NCBI GenBank assembly: GCA_964016885.1
Contig: OZ024742.1
Location: forward strand, 299,584,001 to 299,648,000
Origin: Eledone cirrhosa
Lineage: Eukaryota
Length of the DNA: 64,000 bases
Reading direction: 5' to 3'
Position numbers and translations under genes: made by a program. Below the pieces are notes generated by a model. The model worked only from the letters and a program-made list of their open reading frames with translations. It made no database searches and was not told the DNA's origin. Every line of letters starts with the position of its first letter. The first letter of the stretch is position 1. Below, in pieces: positions 14,757 through 28,689 of this stretch.

Positions 14757-15252
14757 TATATATGAATATATCTATATAGTGTATTTTTCAATACACTGTA
14801 TGCTTAATTAAAAGCATTTTGAAGACCTTGCGCTATTGTTTTAAACTAGTGACTATGTCACTTACTTCCTTTTTCAACAAAGGGAGACAAGCTGACTGAA
14901 CTCTGTTTCATACTGTTGGTATTCCTCAGAGCTTAGCACTCCCCTTGTTTGTTGAAAATTATGAATGTTGGATTCTTATAGAATTCCAGTAATAATCAGG
15001 AACTGATTATACAGAGTGGTTGCCGGTCCAGCAAAAATTGAAAATTAGAATTGGTGCTCTGAAATAGCGATATATATATATGAATGTATATATAGTGTAT
15101 TTTGCAATACACTGTATGTTTAATTAAAGGCATTTTGAAGACCTTACGCTATTGTTTTAAAGTAGTGACTATGTGACTACTTCTTTTTTCAACAAACAAA
15201 ACAGAGATCTGTCAGCTTATCTCCCTTTGTTTGTTGAAAAAAGAAGTAAGTG
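14757..15252. repeat. ~125 bp direct repeat (14757-14880, 15077-15195) with an inverted terminal segment (15200-15252), next to (TA)n
   Basis: gtgtattt..caatacactgtatg..ttttgaagacctt..ttcaacaaa occurs twice; gtcagcttatctccctttgtt and gttgaaaaaagaagtaagtga are reverse complements of sequence at 14858-14897. Confidence 0.75.
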
Positions 15253-15255
15253 ATG

Positions 15256-15301
<46 letters not shown>

Positions 15302-15355
15302 TATATATGTATTTATGTATATATATGTATGTATATATATGTATATTTGCATATG

Positions 15356-15399
<44 letters not shown>

Positions 15400-16959
15400 C
15401 TTGCATTCACATACGTGCAGTATCATATATACAAGCGAATATACACACACATATATATATATATGCGTGTATGAGGGGGGGGGGGGGGGGGTGAACACAA
15501 CTAACTACATAGTTGATGTCTCCGAGCACACTAAAGATTATCCGTTTATCAACCTGATAGTTTTAGACTAGAAATTTGAGATCTTCTGAATGAGATTAAG
15601 ATCTCTGCTTCACAAGTTTAGTAAACATTCTTTGTTTTAATACTTAAAGCTCTTTCATTAATCAATAAAGAGAATGCTGGAGATTTAAGGGGGCAAGAGA
15701 AATGAAAACGTGTTATTTTATCAACAATCTCTTTCTTCTCGATTTAGCTTCATCAACTGCAGTAAATAAGCTAGCCTCCTCAACCTAACTCACAATCTTA
15801 ACTTTCTACCTGTATTTTCGTTATCAGGATTAAAATAGTCTTACATTGTCTAAATACATCAGTCAAAGTACTTTTATGAGTGAGAGTGTTGCAAATATGA
15901 TGCAAAAGATAAAGTAATGGATCTCCATTGATTTCGATGAATTACATTTCTAGTTGTTCGAACATTCAACGGAATGACCTACTTGATAAATTAGCGGGAA
16001 TATGACAGAATAGTCCACAAACATGAGCACCCTAAGAGAAATTCCTTAAGATATCCAACGTGATATAGTGTGTGAAGAGGCTGGTTCTTAGAATTTACAT
16101 GTAGAATCCATCCAACGGGTTTTAATACTGTTTTCCTCCGTCCAATTTCACTGAAAATGGCTTGGTTCAATCGCAGGTTGTGGAAGAAGACATTTGCTGA
16201 AGATTCCCTGCAGTGGAATCGAACCCAGAGCTTCATGATTCTGAAGCGAATTTCCTCCTCATTAAGTGATACTGCGTTCACACTGACGGATATGGAAGGA
16301 AAAATAGGATCTATAAAACGATCTTCCCATTGCTAATATTACCTGTAATTTGCAATGCCTGGTAAAAGCGCCACCGCATTTCTGGTGGTAGGAGGTGGGT
16401 TTTGAACTCAGAACGTCCAAAGCCGAAACAGATACCACAAGAAATTCCATCTGACTCTTTAAACGTTCCGCTAATCAACCGCACCTGGTATAATTTATTT
16501 ATCGACCCCAAAGAATGAAAATCAATTTGAAAGAGGCGGGATTTGAACTCAAGTTGCAGGGAGCCGTAATAAATGGTGGAAATATTTAATCCGACTCTTC
16601 AACTGAATTCATGATGTGTACAGATTGTTTTAATACATTGGAATTCATTGCGAGATCATAACTTAAAATATCATCAATATTGGCTCCATCAGTATTTTGG
16701 TACCTTACAAAATATCGTTTAATTAAAATGAAGGTTATAATTGTTTTGTTTTTTTAACATCATTCGATATACTCTGACACCACTTCTCATTTTTTCTACC
16801 CAATTATTTAGTTTATTTTAAAGTTTTACTATCTATATTAACTGGAAGACATTACTATGCCTCAGTAATATAATCAAATGATAAAAGAAAAGAGATAAAA
16901 AAATATGAAATTGGTCGAAGGCAAACTCTACTTCCTCGCAGGATAGGAAATGCTTTTGT

Positions 16960-17050
16960 GGTCTTGTCCGCAGGGTGCAGCTCATTACCACCGCGCCCTA
17001 GGCCCAGAGCCCAATCCCACCCCCATTCTTCTGTGACACTAGAGGCCTTG
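16960..17050 (+). repeat. Unclassified interspersed GC-rich repeat; second copy at 31372-31458 on the minus strand
   Basis: ccgcgccctaggcccagagccc..ccccattcttctgtgacactagag matches the reverse complement of 31372-31458. Confidence 0.75.
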
Positions 17051-19959
17051 TCTCTCCGTTCCTTTTCTGTATTTTTTTTTTTACATTCTATTCTTTCTTC
17101 TCAATCTAGATTTTTTTTCTTTTTCTATTAAATTGATATATTTTTACATAGAGTTTATTAATTGATCAGGCAATTTTCTTCAGATGACTGATCAATCTGC
17201 CAAAAAAAAAAAAAATTCAGTCAATTCATTGCCAAAAGTTATACTCAAAAATAAAATATCTAAAATCGTATTATTTATGACAAACTGTCTAAATATGGAA
17301 AGAGTATTGAAATTTATAGAGTTGAAAATAGAAGATTCGTTGCTTTGAAAAAACAAAACATGTCAAACAATTAGGTTATTAATCATACAAAAGGCCGTGA
17401 CTTCATTATGAATACGTCAAAGTGATGATGACAACAAGAAACGATTTGAACTAATTTCAACGAAGGTAGATTCAATTGTGTTATACAGTGCAATATTTTA
17501 TCCGTTTTATTAAAGCTGCACGTGCTATTGAATCTAATGTGACTGATCAAAGAAATCACTTTCATCTTTTGTTTTTGTTTGTTGCAATTGATTAACAATA
17601 TATTGGTGATTGATTTCAATTTGTATCTTATACGGAATCTGATAGCCTTAAAATTTACTATTTTCGTTTCTTTTAATCAAGGAATTGACAACGCCCTCAA
17701 TTCATTCGGTTTTGAAGTAAAACAATCGATCGTTACTCAATTATTCATCATATCAATATCGAATTACTGTTGCATGAAAAGATTCTAAAGTATTATGGAA
17801 TATTTGTTTTCATATCTCTATCTTGAAAATATTCGGACGATTTGCTTTTTATCTTTCAAAACATCTTAAACATCCGACTTATCTTGCCAATATCTTAATG
17901 CATCCTTATCTGAATATTTTGCTAATGACATTAGATCTACCCTTCGACCATATATTTAAAAAGGCTGGCTTTCACTCTGATACATTCTATCAATTATCGA
18001 AACTATTTAATCTATCCTTCCTGAATAAATTGATTGAATGATATTATAGCTTCAATGATATTATATGAACATATCTCTATTTATTGCTACATGACAAATC
18101 ATGGTAAACCCCCTCACAATAATCAGGTGATTCCGTCTTTGGTGCCGCACGGTAGTAATTTGTGCATCTTTTACCATACTCTCAGGTTGACCCAAGCCTT
18201 GTGAATGAAAGTAAGTAGATAGAAACTGGTTAAAATCCCAAAAGATATACTGTACCTTTAATTTTAATAAGGCCAGATTTGAAATTCGAACGTAAATGGG
18301 TGTACCTAACTACGACATTTTGTCTAGCGCTCTACCTGTTTCAAAACTCTACAACTCTAATCTCTTTCATTTTGTTGTTTTTGATTTGGGGTTTAGGTGC
18401 GGTTTAGGAGGGGTTTAGGTTGAGTTTGAGTGGGGGGTACAAAACAATTTCTATTAATCTCTAATATTCTTCTTTTGTTTTCGATAATGGTAACCATAAC
18501 ATATTTACTTTGTTTCCATTGGGGATAATTATATTTGTTTATTTATCTTGAAATGAATTCCTTATTTTCTTAAATGAATATTAGTGTCAAGAGAGGTGTA
18601 TCAGTTTCCTCTCATGTAGATTCCTATTTTGACACCTGCTGTATAAAACTTTCTTAAATTGTAGTAATTTATATATTGTTTAAATAAGTTTAGTTTTCAG
18701 TCTGTTGGATTTACAGACAATCACTGTAATTTTATTTTTCCTTCCACTCCTTCATTTCAAAGTGACATGTTAGGTGTCAATGTTTCACCCTTGAGACTAA
18801 TCAAAAACAGAAAACATACCCATCTATGATTGGTGTTTTCAATATATGTATTTAAATCCGGTAATATACCGTGTAAAAAATAGAAAATTCATACACGGAT
18901 TCTAAAGATTCCGTTAGTGGTATTTGTAACTATCTTTACCTAAAAAAAAAGCATTTATAGACTATTATTATTGTGTCGTGAGATGTGCATAATTCCTTGT
19001 TATTGTCGGTAGTTAACATGTACATGTTGTCGTTATAATTATTAGCTCTAGTGCTCTTCATATCGAAACGATAAAACACTTACATTGGACAGAATCGTTT
19101 ACAGATACAATATTACAATACACATTCTGTTGCTATTCGCCTCAGTGGATCAGCTAAAATGTGTGTTTTTCCTTCATTGCCTCGAGAGCCAATAATCGGA
19201 ACTGACATTCTGAGTAGATAGTGAACTTATATATATTGTGTCTCCAAAATACTACAGTCCTACCTTCTTCACTGTTTACAGCACTGATGCTTTGTAAATG
19301 TTATTATTTATTCATCAGACATAGTATGTATGAAATAAGTATTAAAACAAATATTCATTATCGCTCAACAGTGTATAAAAGGAACGACTTTCAATCCTGT
19401 AAATGTCATCATAGGAACAAATATCTAGAATATACCTTTGCAAAGAGGATGATAAAATAAAAAAACCCAACATGACTGTTTACATAACTAGCAGACAAGA
19501 AGCTCAACTTTAAGACATATCATACATATCTATATTAAATATTAAATAGAACAGATTCCAGATATGCAACCTTTAGGCCAACTATAGCAGAGACGAAAGT
19601 AAGGAAGGGGAAATATCTCTCTTGTTACTGCGATCTTCTTTTCAGAACATGACGCCACAAAGGATATTATGTATGGAAAACTAATGTATTATTTGATAAA
19701 TCTAAAATAAATATAAAAGATTTAATGGTTTTCTGTATATTGATAAAATATTCACCGGATGTTTGGTTGGTTGAAAATAGTCGTTAAATCATATAAGTAT
19801 ATTTATCACTACGGGTGGACATTAACGATAGATGCAACATTATCTAATTTATCAAAGTTATGTATAGTGACGATATAAAGCTGCAAGCGTCTGCAATCTA
19901 CCATAGACATGTCCATAAAGCAAACGATGAATTACAAAAGTGTTTAAAGGCTTGCTTTG

Positions 19960-20222
19960 ATCATGACTGATCATGGGTTAGCCTGGAAAATTCCTGTCGA
20001 AAGAATAAGCCTAGGCAAAGCGTTTTGTGGAAGACCAGCAGTCACCCATGAATGCTGATCTACCCTCTCCACACTAACTATGTTCTCCCATGGACAGAAA
20101 AAGGTCGATAGAGCTTAGAACCTGCGACGTCACAACTCAATTTTTTCTAGATGAGTGATCTAAAATATTTTACTCAAGGACTGGGAACCGAACACGCGAT
20201 ATTACGGTTGCGTACCCAGCAT
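19960..20222 (-). mobile_element. Diverged SINE family 2 copy; related to 58365-58606
   Basis: Shares tgactgatcatgggtt and a decayed reverse-strand tRNA head with the 58365 copy. Confidence 0.5.
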
Positions 20223-20829
20223 CTCTCGTGTTCAATACAAATGTTTTCGTTGAGCAGTTGAACAGTTTGTTGGTAACTTAACGTGCAGATGGCTGAGCGT
20301 TCCACAGACACATGTACCATGAAATCAGTTCTCAGGATGTCTCAGTGTGGTGACACTGTGTGGGATAAAGCTGGCCCTTAAAATTGGAGTAACACGAGAC
20401 GGGTCGTGTTCAAGAACACTACGTGCCCCAGCATCCAAACCACTACGCCACGCGTCTTCACTACATGTAAAAGAAGATTAAACTCCGTAGTCGAATTTCT
20501 GAAAACTTAATGCATCGATTTGAACAACGAACTGTCAACAATAACTATGTAATAAATAACTAGCTGCATTGTAAGCAGTAAATGTATGATGTCCATTAAG
20601 ACAGCATGACAGTCATAATTAATAATTCTGAAACATACATAATATTAATAAGCCAAGAACAAGCTAAGATCTCAACAATAATGCAAGTAGACTAACACAA
20701 GTAATCAAACAATTAGTGAGTGAATGAAATGTACTTCTGTACAAGATTTATAGAAGTGGACCTGGCTTCTGTAGTCCAGAACAAAATTTTAAAGGTTGAA
20801 TTCAATTGTTGTTGTTATTTGTTTGTTTA

Positions 20830-21220
20830 TATTGTTTAGAATAGGTCAGCCAAGAAAGAGTACAGTTATGCTCAAACGCCTTCCATCCATGATTGTCTCT
20901 TCGTTTACTCAAATATTGTTTAATCAGTTTTACATTGCCCAAAGCTCTATTTCCCTTTTTAAATGGCTGTAGTACAAGACTGGGTATCTGGTATCTAAAA
21001 TGTTTGCAGTCATTCATTTCTCTATCAGTCGATCAATATTGGCATTGGGACGTCAACCCTTGCATTTGTTCTGTCTCCGTCAGTAATACATTAAATCTTT
21101 CTGCAAGTACCCCATTTGACCCATTTAAATGTTTAAATCAGAGATTTGAGATCTTGTTATGTCCTAGCTCCTTTCAGTTGCCTTCTTCTTTCAATGTGTT
21201 AGGTATTTTCCTGTTGTGAT
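20830..21220 (-). pseudogene. Reverse transcriptase fragment of a decayed non-LTR element (R4/Dong-like)
   Basis: Minus-strand DNHGWKAFEHNCTLSWL resembles the RT motif WIDYKKAFDSVPHSW; an upstream NWK..G.D.I.N.W.K.L-like segment is near 21130-21180. Confidence 0.5.
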
Positions 21221-21253
21221 CTATCAATACAACTGTTATTATTATAATTGGAA

Positions 21254-21932
21254 CGGTGGTGGTTTGGCAGTATCGTTAGAGGGTCTGACGCCATGCTTTG
21301 CTGCAAAGAGTTACGGCCTTTTGTGGTCTGAATTCAAATCCCGCCGAGGTTAACTTTGCCTTTTATCCTTACGGGGTCGATAAAATAAAGTACCAGAAAT
21401 GCCCTGGGATAATTGCTGGCCTTGTGCCAAAAGTAGAAACAATTATTATAATTGGCAGTATCGATAGAGGGTCGGACGCCATGCTTTGTAGCACAGTTAC
21501 GTCCCTTTACGGACTGAGTTCAAATCCAGCCGAGGTTAACTTTGCCTTTCATCCTTACGGGTCGATAAAATAAAGTACCAATAATACATTGGGATAATTG
21601 CTGGCCTTCTGCCAAAAGTAGAAACAATTATTATAAGGGCGCCATGCTTTGCAGCAAAGAGTTACGGCCCTTTATGATCCGAGTTCAAATCCCACCGAAG
21701 TTAACTTTACGGGGTCGATAAAATAAAGTACCAGTAATACACTGGAATAATTGCTGGCCTTGTGCCAAAAGTAGAAACAATTATTATAAGGCCGTGAATT
21801 GGCAGAGTAATTAGAACGTCAGATAGAGTGCTTTGTGGTATTCAGTCCGGCTTTCGGCTATCTGAGTTCAGATCTCGCTGATGTCGACTTTGTATTTCAT
21901 CCTTTCGAGGTCGATAAAAAACGTACCAATCG
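21254..21932 (+). mobile_element. Head-to-tail array of four SINE family 1 copies (21254-21450, 21451-21637, 21638-21788, older copy 21789-21932)
   Basis: B box, core and the gctggccttgtgccaaaagtagaaacaattattata tail are repeated; attataattgg flanks the first copy on both sides. Confidence 0.92.
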
Positions 21933-22029
21933 ATTCCTCCTCTATATGTCTTTCTCATTTCTTCTCCCTAACTTTCTATCCTCCTCTGGAAGACATCTGC
22001 TACACTTCAGTTTATAATGCCCAAGAAAT

Positions 22030-24300
22030 GCTGTGTCAATACGACGTCCTTACGATACCACCAGGAGTTATGGAACCATGTTATTCACGTCATCTACATA
22101 TAAAGTTTGGAACCAAAAATATAACCTTGATCCCAACGGATTAGTTAATTTAAGACGATATATTCACCAAGCCAAACAATACTCAACAGAGAAAACCCGT
22201 TTAAAAGATTTACCTCACTAATACACAAACAACGAATAAAAACTGTACCTACAGAATACTGACCAAGAAAAACAGAACCAGAAGAAAACAACCGAAAATA
22301 AGAATATAAAGAAACATGAAAAAGATTAAAGAAAATCTTGAAGATAGAAATACTGACTATGACATTTATTTAAAGGTGGAAATAATTATAGTTACGATCG
22401 ATATAAGACTTTCGTATCGACCAACGAAAGATAAACTTAATGATAAAAGAGGAGCAACAATAAAAAAATAGTTAAACCTAACCGTCGTAGACACGGACAC
22501 ATACACCAATATTACCAAGATAAACCAAATAATATATGCACAAACCACAGGGGTTGCGAATGAAAGTAAAAGTCTGTACTTACTCAGCTCTGCTTATATA
22601 GAAATATCAAAACCCAAGCAGAGAAAAGGAGAAAATAGAAAAGGTCGCACAATCAATGAAATCAATCACAAAAAGAAATTACAAATAAAAGGAAGAATAC
22701 TAGAGAAAAAATAACTAAAAAAGGTAAATATCCAAAATAAAAGAACGTGAGAAACAAGAGACCTTCGCTAAATCGCAAATATTCCATCGTTATGAAATAC
22801 ATCGATTTTGTTTTTAATAAAAACAAAGGGGTTCGCTTCCAAAGGAAAATGATTTCATCATGAACTACTCAACATTAGAATAGAAATCAATGCAGCATCA
22901 ACAGCGAAACAAGTAGATTTGTTGCATGGGTGGAGAATTGACAAAAGAGTCACTAAACACAGGTTTGTTAAGAAAACAAATGCAACACGTGAAAATTCGT
23001 GAGGTCATTTTAAGTTAAGAATTTTCTCCACATGCTATAAAATACAAACAATTAGAAGGAATTTGACAATGATAGTCTCAAATGCTAGGCATATGAGGCA
23101 CCAGTAAATATGTTTAATAAGATACTGGTGAAATGGAAACAACAGCTGGGTAACTTACAAATGGAGGAAATCCTCTTGACCCCTCAGATTAGAGAAACAG
23201 AGAATCCTAAGAACTATAGACATACGTATGGTTTATGGAAGATCAAGATAATAATACTTAATAACTGAGAAAACAGTTCACACTCAGAAGAACAGCATGG
23301 ATGCTGCAAAAGTTTGTACGGTTACAAACAATAATAGAAAAGTACTTTTATTTCGAATATAAGTTAAAGTATATTCTCCCTGGAAATACGTAGATAATAG
23401 TTATTTGACTTATGCATGCTATGTAAGTAAATTGAGGCTTCCCTTCCTTCCTTTTAAATATAATTATTATTGAAACAGAGTGCAATAGCAGTAACGATAA
23501 TACGTACTATATCAAAATAACGTTTAAAGATTGTTATTGCGTCTCAGCGGACAAAATGGAGAATACGTTACCGTTACAGTACATCTTACAAAGCTCATTG
23601 CTGCAAATAGCCATGACCATTCCGATCGCATTAACAACCGACAAAAGAGTATCGTAAGTGTGAAAATGTTCTAAGCACGGCATGATTTAATTACCAGTTT
23701 TCATTTGACAGCGCAATCCAACATTAGAATCTGGAAGTATTAGCCATGAGTAAGGTAGAGCCAATAACAAGCAAGAACATCAACATGTCAGAGATAAATA
23801 GCCAACAATAGTAGTGATACGAAGAAAAATGAGGAATTATTATGAAGAAATCCCATATCTATTAGAAGAGCAGTGATATTTCAGTGATTCCTTCTCTCCA
23901 TTCCTTCTCTGCTTGCTATTAACTCATATATTTAATCAGATTAAGCAAAGCTAATTATATGAGAAAAATGAACCGTCATGTGTATATGGATGACTTTAGG
24001 CTGTACTTTTCTGTTGGTATATGAGCTGAAATACTGCTACAAATATTATACAAATTTACTTGAGGAATTGATAGCAAATTCGTGGTTTAGAAAGGTACGC
24101 TAAAGTAACCTTGAAGAAAATTAATAGATACACTGTCATGTGCGATAAAGAAAGAGAGATAATAGAATTGGAACAATCATAAACTTACAATGTGATGGAA
24201 AAGAATATTGAAGATACATTGCGTTAATACGTAAACCAGAACTAGATTTAGACGAAATATAGCAATAGATGTAGATTGAAAAGACGAATAATAATAGATG
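22030..24300 (+). pseudogene. Heavily decayed R4/Dong-like non-LTR retrotransposon ORF, RT domain recognisable
   Basis: RT motifs in the correct order across broken frames: ETENPKNYRH (~23195), EEQHGCCKSLYG (~23288), IFSDSFSPFLLC (~23877), NRHVYMDDFRLY (23971-24006) and GLERYAKVTLK (~24084). Confidence 0.78.
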
Positions 24301-24749
24301 CTTTGGGAATCATATAAAAGATGTAGACACATACATAACCTAACTCATAGGGACTATACATATACATATACAGAATATACGTATACAGAATATACAGACG
24401 AAGCCACTAAGTACTTTCAAAAAAATAGAAACATACACCACAAACCTCTGTGATACAGAGAATTGTACCTGGTTGAGTAGGGAAAGCACACCGTAAACAG
24501 AGAGCATGAATGGATCCATAACTCCTGGTAGTTCTTAGGGGCACAGCAGTAACAAGCGGGTTTCTTGGACAATTTGCTTAAACCTCGTGAGCCCAGCCCC
24601 TCTCTAGATCTGAACACGACCAATTGCTTCTAGGGTAGGGAAAGAAAATAACAGAGACGAAGTAGCCAGTGGGATGTAGAGGAAGAATCTATTGTGTTAT
24701 CAGATAGATTCAACTTGATCATTTTATGAGTTTGAATATAAGGCTTATG

Positions 24750-24940
24750 GATTGGCAGTATCGGTAGAGCATCGGACAACATGCCTTACGGCATAGAGGC
24801 AAACCCCCTTGCGATCTAAATTCAAATCTCGCCGAGGTTAGCTTTGCCTTTCATCCTTACGGAATCGATAAAATAACGTATCAGGAATGCACTGGGGTCG
24901 ATTTAATTGTTGGCCTTGTGCTTAAATCAGAAACCAATAA
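24750..24940 (+). mobile_element. SINE family 1 copy
   Basis: A box tggcagtatcgg, core gcctttcatccttacggaatcgataaaat, tail ggccttgtgcttaaatcagaaaccaat. Confidence 0.85.
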
Positions 24941-25121
24941 TTTGTTTGAATATGAGAGTATAAGTATATGCCCAATATATATATATATATAAGCAATAAT
25001 TGTTTCTACGTTAGGCACAAGGCCAGTAATTACCGACCCCGTAATATATATAAGCAATAATATCTGTGTATATACATACATCAATATATCAATATTTATT
25101 TAATTATATTTGTGTATCTAG

Positions 25122-25312
25122 ATAATTGTTTCTACTATTGGCACAAGGCCAGCAATTATCCAGTATATTACTGGTACTTTATTTTATCGACCCCGTAAGG
25201 ATGAAAGGCAAAGTTAACCTCGGCGGGATTTGAACTCAGAATGGCAAGGGCCGTAACTCTATACGTCAAAGCATGGCGTCCGACCCTCTACCGATACTGC
25301 CAATTCACCGCC
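25122..25312 (-). mobile_element. Full-length young SINE family 1 copy with 18-bp TSD
   Basis: tttgtgtatctagataat lies on both sides (about 25109-25126 and 25315-25332); A and B boxes intact. Confidence 0.95.
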
Positions 25313-25554
25313 CTTTTGTGTATCTAGATAATGATATATTCTCAACTACTATAACTGTGCATATGATATGCATTTTTAAGAAAAGTCAACAAGGAAATAA
25401 TACGATAGTAGGGTACAATGATGCCATATTAGTTTAATGCTTGATACGGTTGGAGAAGAGTCATAACGTTTCGGTTATATATAGAAGTATGCTTCTGCAT
25501 ATAAATACATACTCAAATATACATCTATATCTAAATCTATCTATATAAATATAC

Positions 25555-25599
<45 letters not shown>

Positions 25600-25700
25600 A
25601 ATATATATACACAATTACACCTGTGTATATAAATATATACCTGATTGCATCTGCGGATAGTGTTATGTAGATATTTACTTCAATATACACCCACACACAC

Positions 25701-25733
<33 letters not shown>

Positions 25734-26485
25734 CGCGTGTGTACGTGTGTGTTATTGAATAAATACACTCTATTATAATTATTAAGTTATTCTTCCTTCG
25801 TAGACTAACAAGATCATCAGGTCTGAACAATAAATATATAGTCAGTTATACAAGGGTATATTAATATGAATGATTTCATTGTTTCTTTACGTTGACTGCG
25901 CAATTTTCTGTTGATATTGGCTTCATGTTTAGATACATACAAATATGTGACTGAAATCAGAACCGTTTCTACCTTTAGCCAAGAGCTTCTGAGCCATTAT
26001 TGGTAATAAAAAAAACCTTTAGGAAAACATGCATGCCTAGTTATTAGCGATGCAATTTCGAACCTAATGTGTTTATACAAATATTTGTCTCTTTTTTTCT
26101 CTTTTCCCTGATAATGCATAAATCAAATTGTTTATAATAACAGTGTTCAATTGTATTCAGAAATAAGAACAAAACAGATAAAGAAATAAAAAAGCAATAT
26201 AAATATCCAGGGCAATGCATCTATCACGAGATTCGACATACATCAGGGCGAACGTTGTGTAAAACACAAACAGTGTTGAAACTAACATTCCACAAGGTAA
26301 AACTAAGTTTGATTAATACCAATATACCAGTACGGTGTAATACATCAACTATGACTAAAACTAACACATAAAACTAGCACAATAAAATACACCAACTACG
26401 ACCAACACAAATATAGTACCCCACCAGCGCTCAAATCAACATCACCTACCATCTTAAAACAGAACCGACGCATTGCATAATGTAA

Positions 26486-27306
26486 TCTATATATATAAAA
26501 CTGAGGTTGTCTGTCTGTCTACTAAAACCTTCGGCACACATCTCCTCTTAAACCGTACGTTCAAATTTCGGTGAAATTGCTACACTTATAGATGAAGGTC
26601 CGGCGGAACCATCGGTCAAATAAATTTTCAAATAAGTTCTTGTTTTTGATTATGTCATCTATATATATAAAGCTGTGGTTGTCTGTCTGTTTATCGATTT
26701 TTGGCACACATCTCCTCTTAGAATTGCACCGAAATTGCTATACTTGTACATTGAGCCCTAGCGAAGACATCGGAAAAAGAATATTTCAAATTGACCCACC
26801 CTATGTGACGAAATCGAATCTAATGTATCGATTTTTGAGCGTAAGTGACGAGTTATTTCCCTTTGTTCTGTTTACATTGAGCGTCTTACGTTCTGTTTAC
26901 ATTTTCTGCGTGCAAAAATTAAAAAAATTACGCTGGCTTTCTCAGCGTTTAAAATGACATTAACACAATACACGAACAGTTGTCGAGCCAGCAAAATTTT
27001 GACCTGCAAAATTCATCAGTTCGAACACTAAGCTTCCGTTTTGCTTCATTTCCATTTAAAAGCCTTTTAAAACAATATTTTTACTTGAAAACAAGTCTAT
27101 TTAAAGACTACGTAAAACAAGCAAATATTTCGTAAAAAAAAAGCAAAAATTATATAAGTTTATTTAAAATATATGTATCTGTAAATTTCGTTAGGCGTGC
27201 AGACAGACAGTTGTGCAGACAGACTTTAAGCCAAAAAAGAAACTTAACATTGTAACTTTAACACAGCTACTGAGCGACCCCGAGCAACGCCGGGCTTTAC
27301 TGCTAG
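26486..27306 (+). mobile_element. Non-autonomous Helitron with two 5' ends (26486 and 26658)
   Basis: a|TCTATATATATAAA 5' termini followed by gtctgtctgt; 3' hairpin cccg-agcaacgc-cggg (27279-27294), then CTAG|t; inserted between A and T. Confidence 0.88.
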
Positions 27307-27539
27307 TACACGATACATTGTCCGCGCCGCCTAAAACAAACGATGGTGTGATTTGGGGTTGATCGCCGTTTATCCTAAGCGATTTAAAAAAATATTTTTC
27401 GTCAAGGAAGAGCATTGTCTGTGATTCTTTTCAGGGACTCCTACACTGAGAGTGAGAGTGAAAATAGTGTCCACTAATTCGAAACCTTGCAGCAGGGTTA
27501 ACTGTGATAAAGGCACCTAAGAGGAAGATAGTGGTTTTA

Positions 27540-27800
27540 CACTATCACTCAAATAAACGAGAGCAGGATTTGATCTTAGAAAGTAAAGAGCCACAACAAT
27601 TATCGCAACACATCTGGTATAATGCTCTAACAATTCTGCCAATCCACCACCCTAGATTGGTGCTTTATTTTATCGATCCCAAATATAGAGTAAAACGCAA
27701 AGTTAACATCAGCGAGAATTGAACTCCGAGCACAGAGAACCGGAAGAAATAATGGAAGAGATGTTGATCTATGCTCTACCGAATCAGCAATTCACCACTA
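27540..27800 (-). mobile_element. Old SINE family 1 copies (tandem fragments)
   Basis: tggtgctttattttatcgatccc...aaagttaacatcagcgagaatttgaactc core and B box on the minus strand. Confidence 0.65.
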
Positions 27801-28689
27801 ATACCAATACATCACTTGATCAATCTTCCTCTAGGGAGACATAGACATAATAATAATGCGTCTATCAGAAACGTAAACAATGGCAGTCAATGAATAGAAC
27901 TTGAAAAACGTTATGTTGTCAGTTTAATATGACACCGATGGCGGAAACAATGACGCCACAAAAGATTAGTCACCAGGAAAACAAAGGTCCTACTTCCTGC
28001 TAATAGCGTCCATCAAAGCTAAAAGAAGATTACAAAGCAGCGATATACTTTCAAGTGTTACACGCTTATTACGTGCATGCATTATATCTAACTAAAATGT
28101 CGGGCTTTTAGCGCTTGTTCACACATGCTAACATGGCGTAGCGTTTGTTCTAGTTATGTTATGAGAAAACTTGAAACCTAAATAATCGTCTACTTTGGTG
28201 ATAACATTACCAAATTATTTTATGAGATATACTTTACAATTCCTTCTTTCGAAAGATAAATCAAATGATGTGGCATATCCTTTCCCCAAAGATCAATTCA
28301 ATACTTTAGAAAATTAAATATTTCCCACGTTTACATTATGTTTTAGCTGTTATTTTTTTTTTATTTTGAATTCAAAATAGAAACAATATTTAATGACCAA
28401 ATATCAAACTCATCTCCACTACAGTTTCTCTTCCATTTGTTAATGAACTTACAAGTTGAGCACCCGGTTAATTATACAACTACTGAGATGTTCACGGTCG
28501 ACACCGATGGAGGATCCATTACTATCATCATGATACATGTACTGGGTGAGGTTCCACTGACTGGACTTCTCAATAAATGTCGTGATAATAGTTAGATAAA
28601 AGGAAAGAAGTCGATCGCCACATTCGATCAAAGAAACAATATTTCCACGCGTCTTACCACTACTGATACTATCTACTAGTACTATCAGG

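Noticed and set aside
16197-16232. CTGAAGA..GAAC hammerhead look-alike
   Set aside because: ggaatcgaaccc is the reverse complement of a SINE B box; there is no GAAA box or stem I.
17380-18050. Possible hAT transposase relic (TIDCFTS and IRFNST on the minus strand)
   Set aside because: Only two weak motif resemblances; too decayed to call without a profile search.
21254-21932. CRISPR-like repeat array
   Set aside because: Units are ~150-200 bp SINE copies without unique spacers, in eukaryotic DNA with no cas genes.
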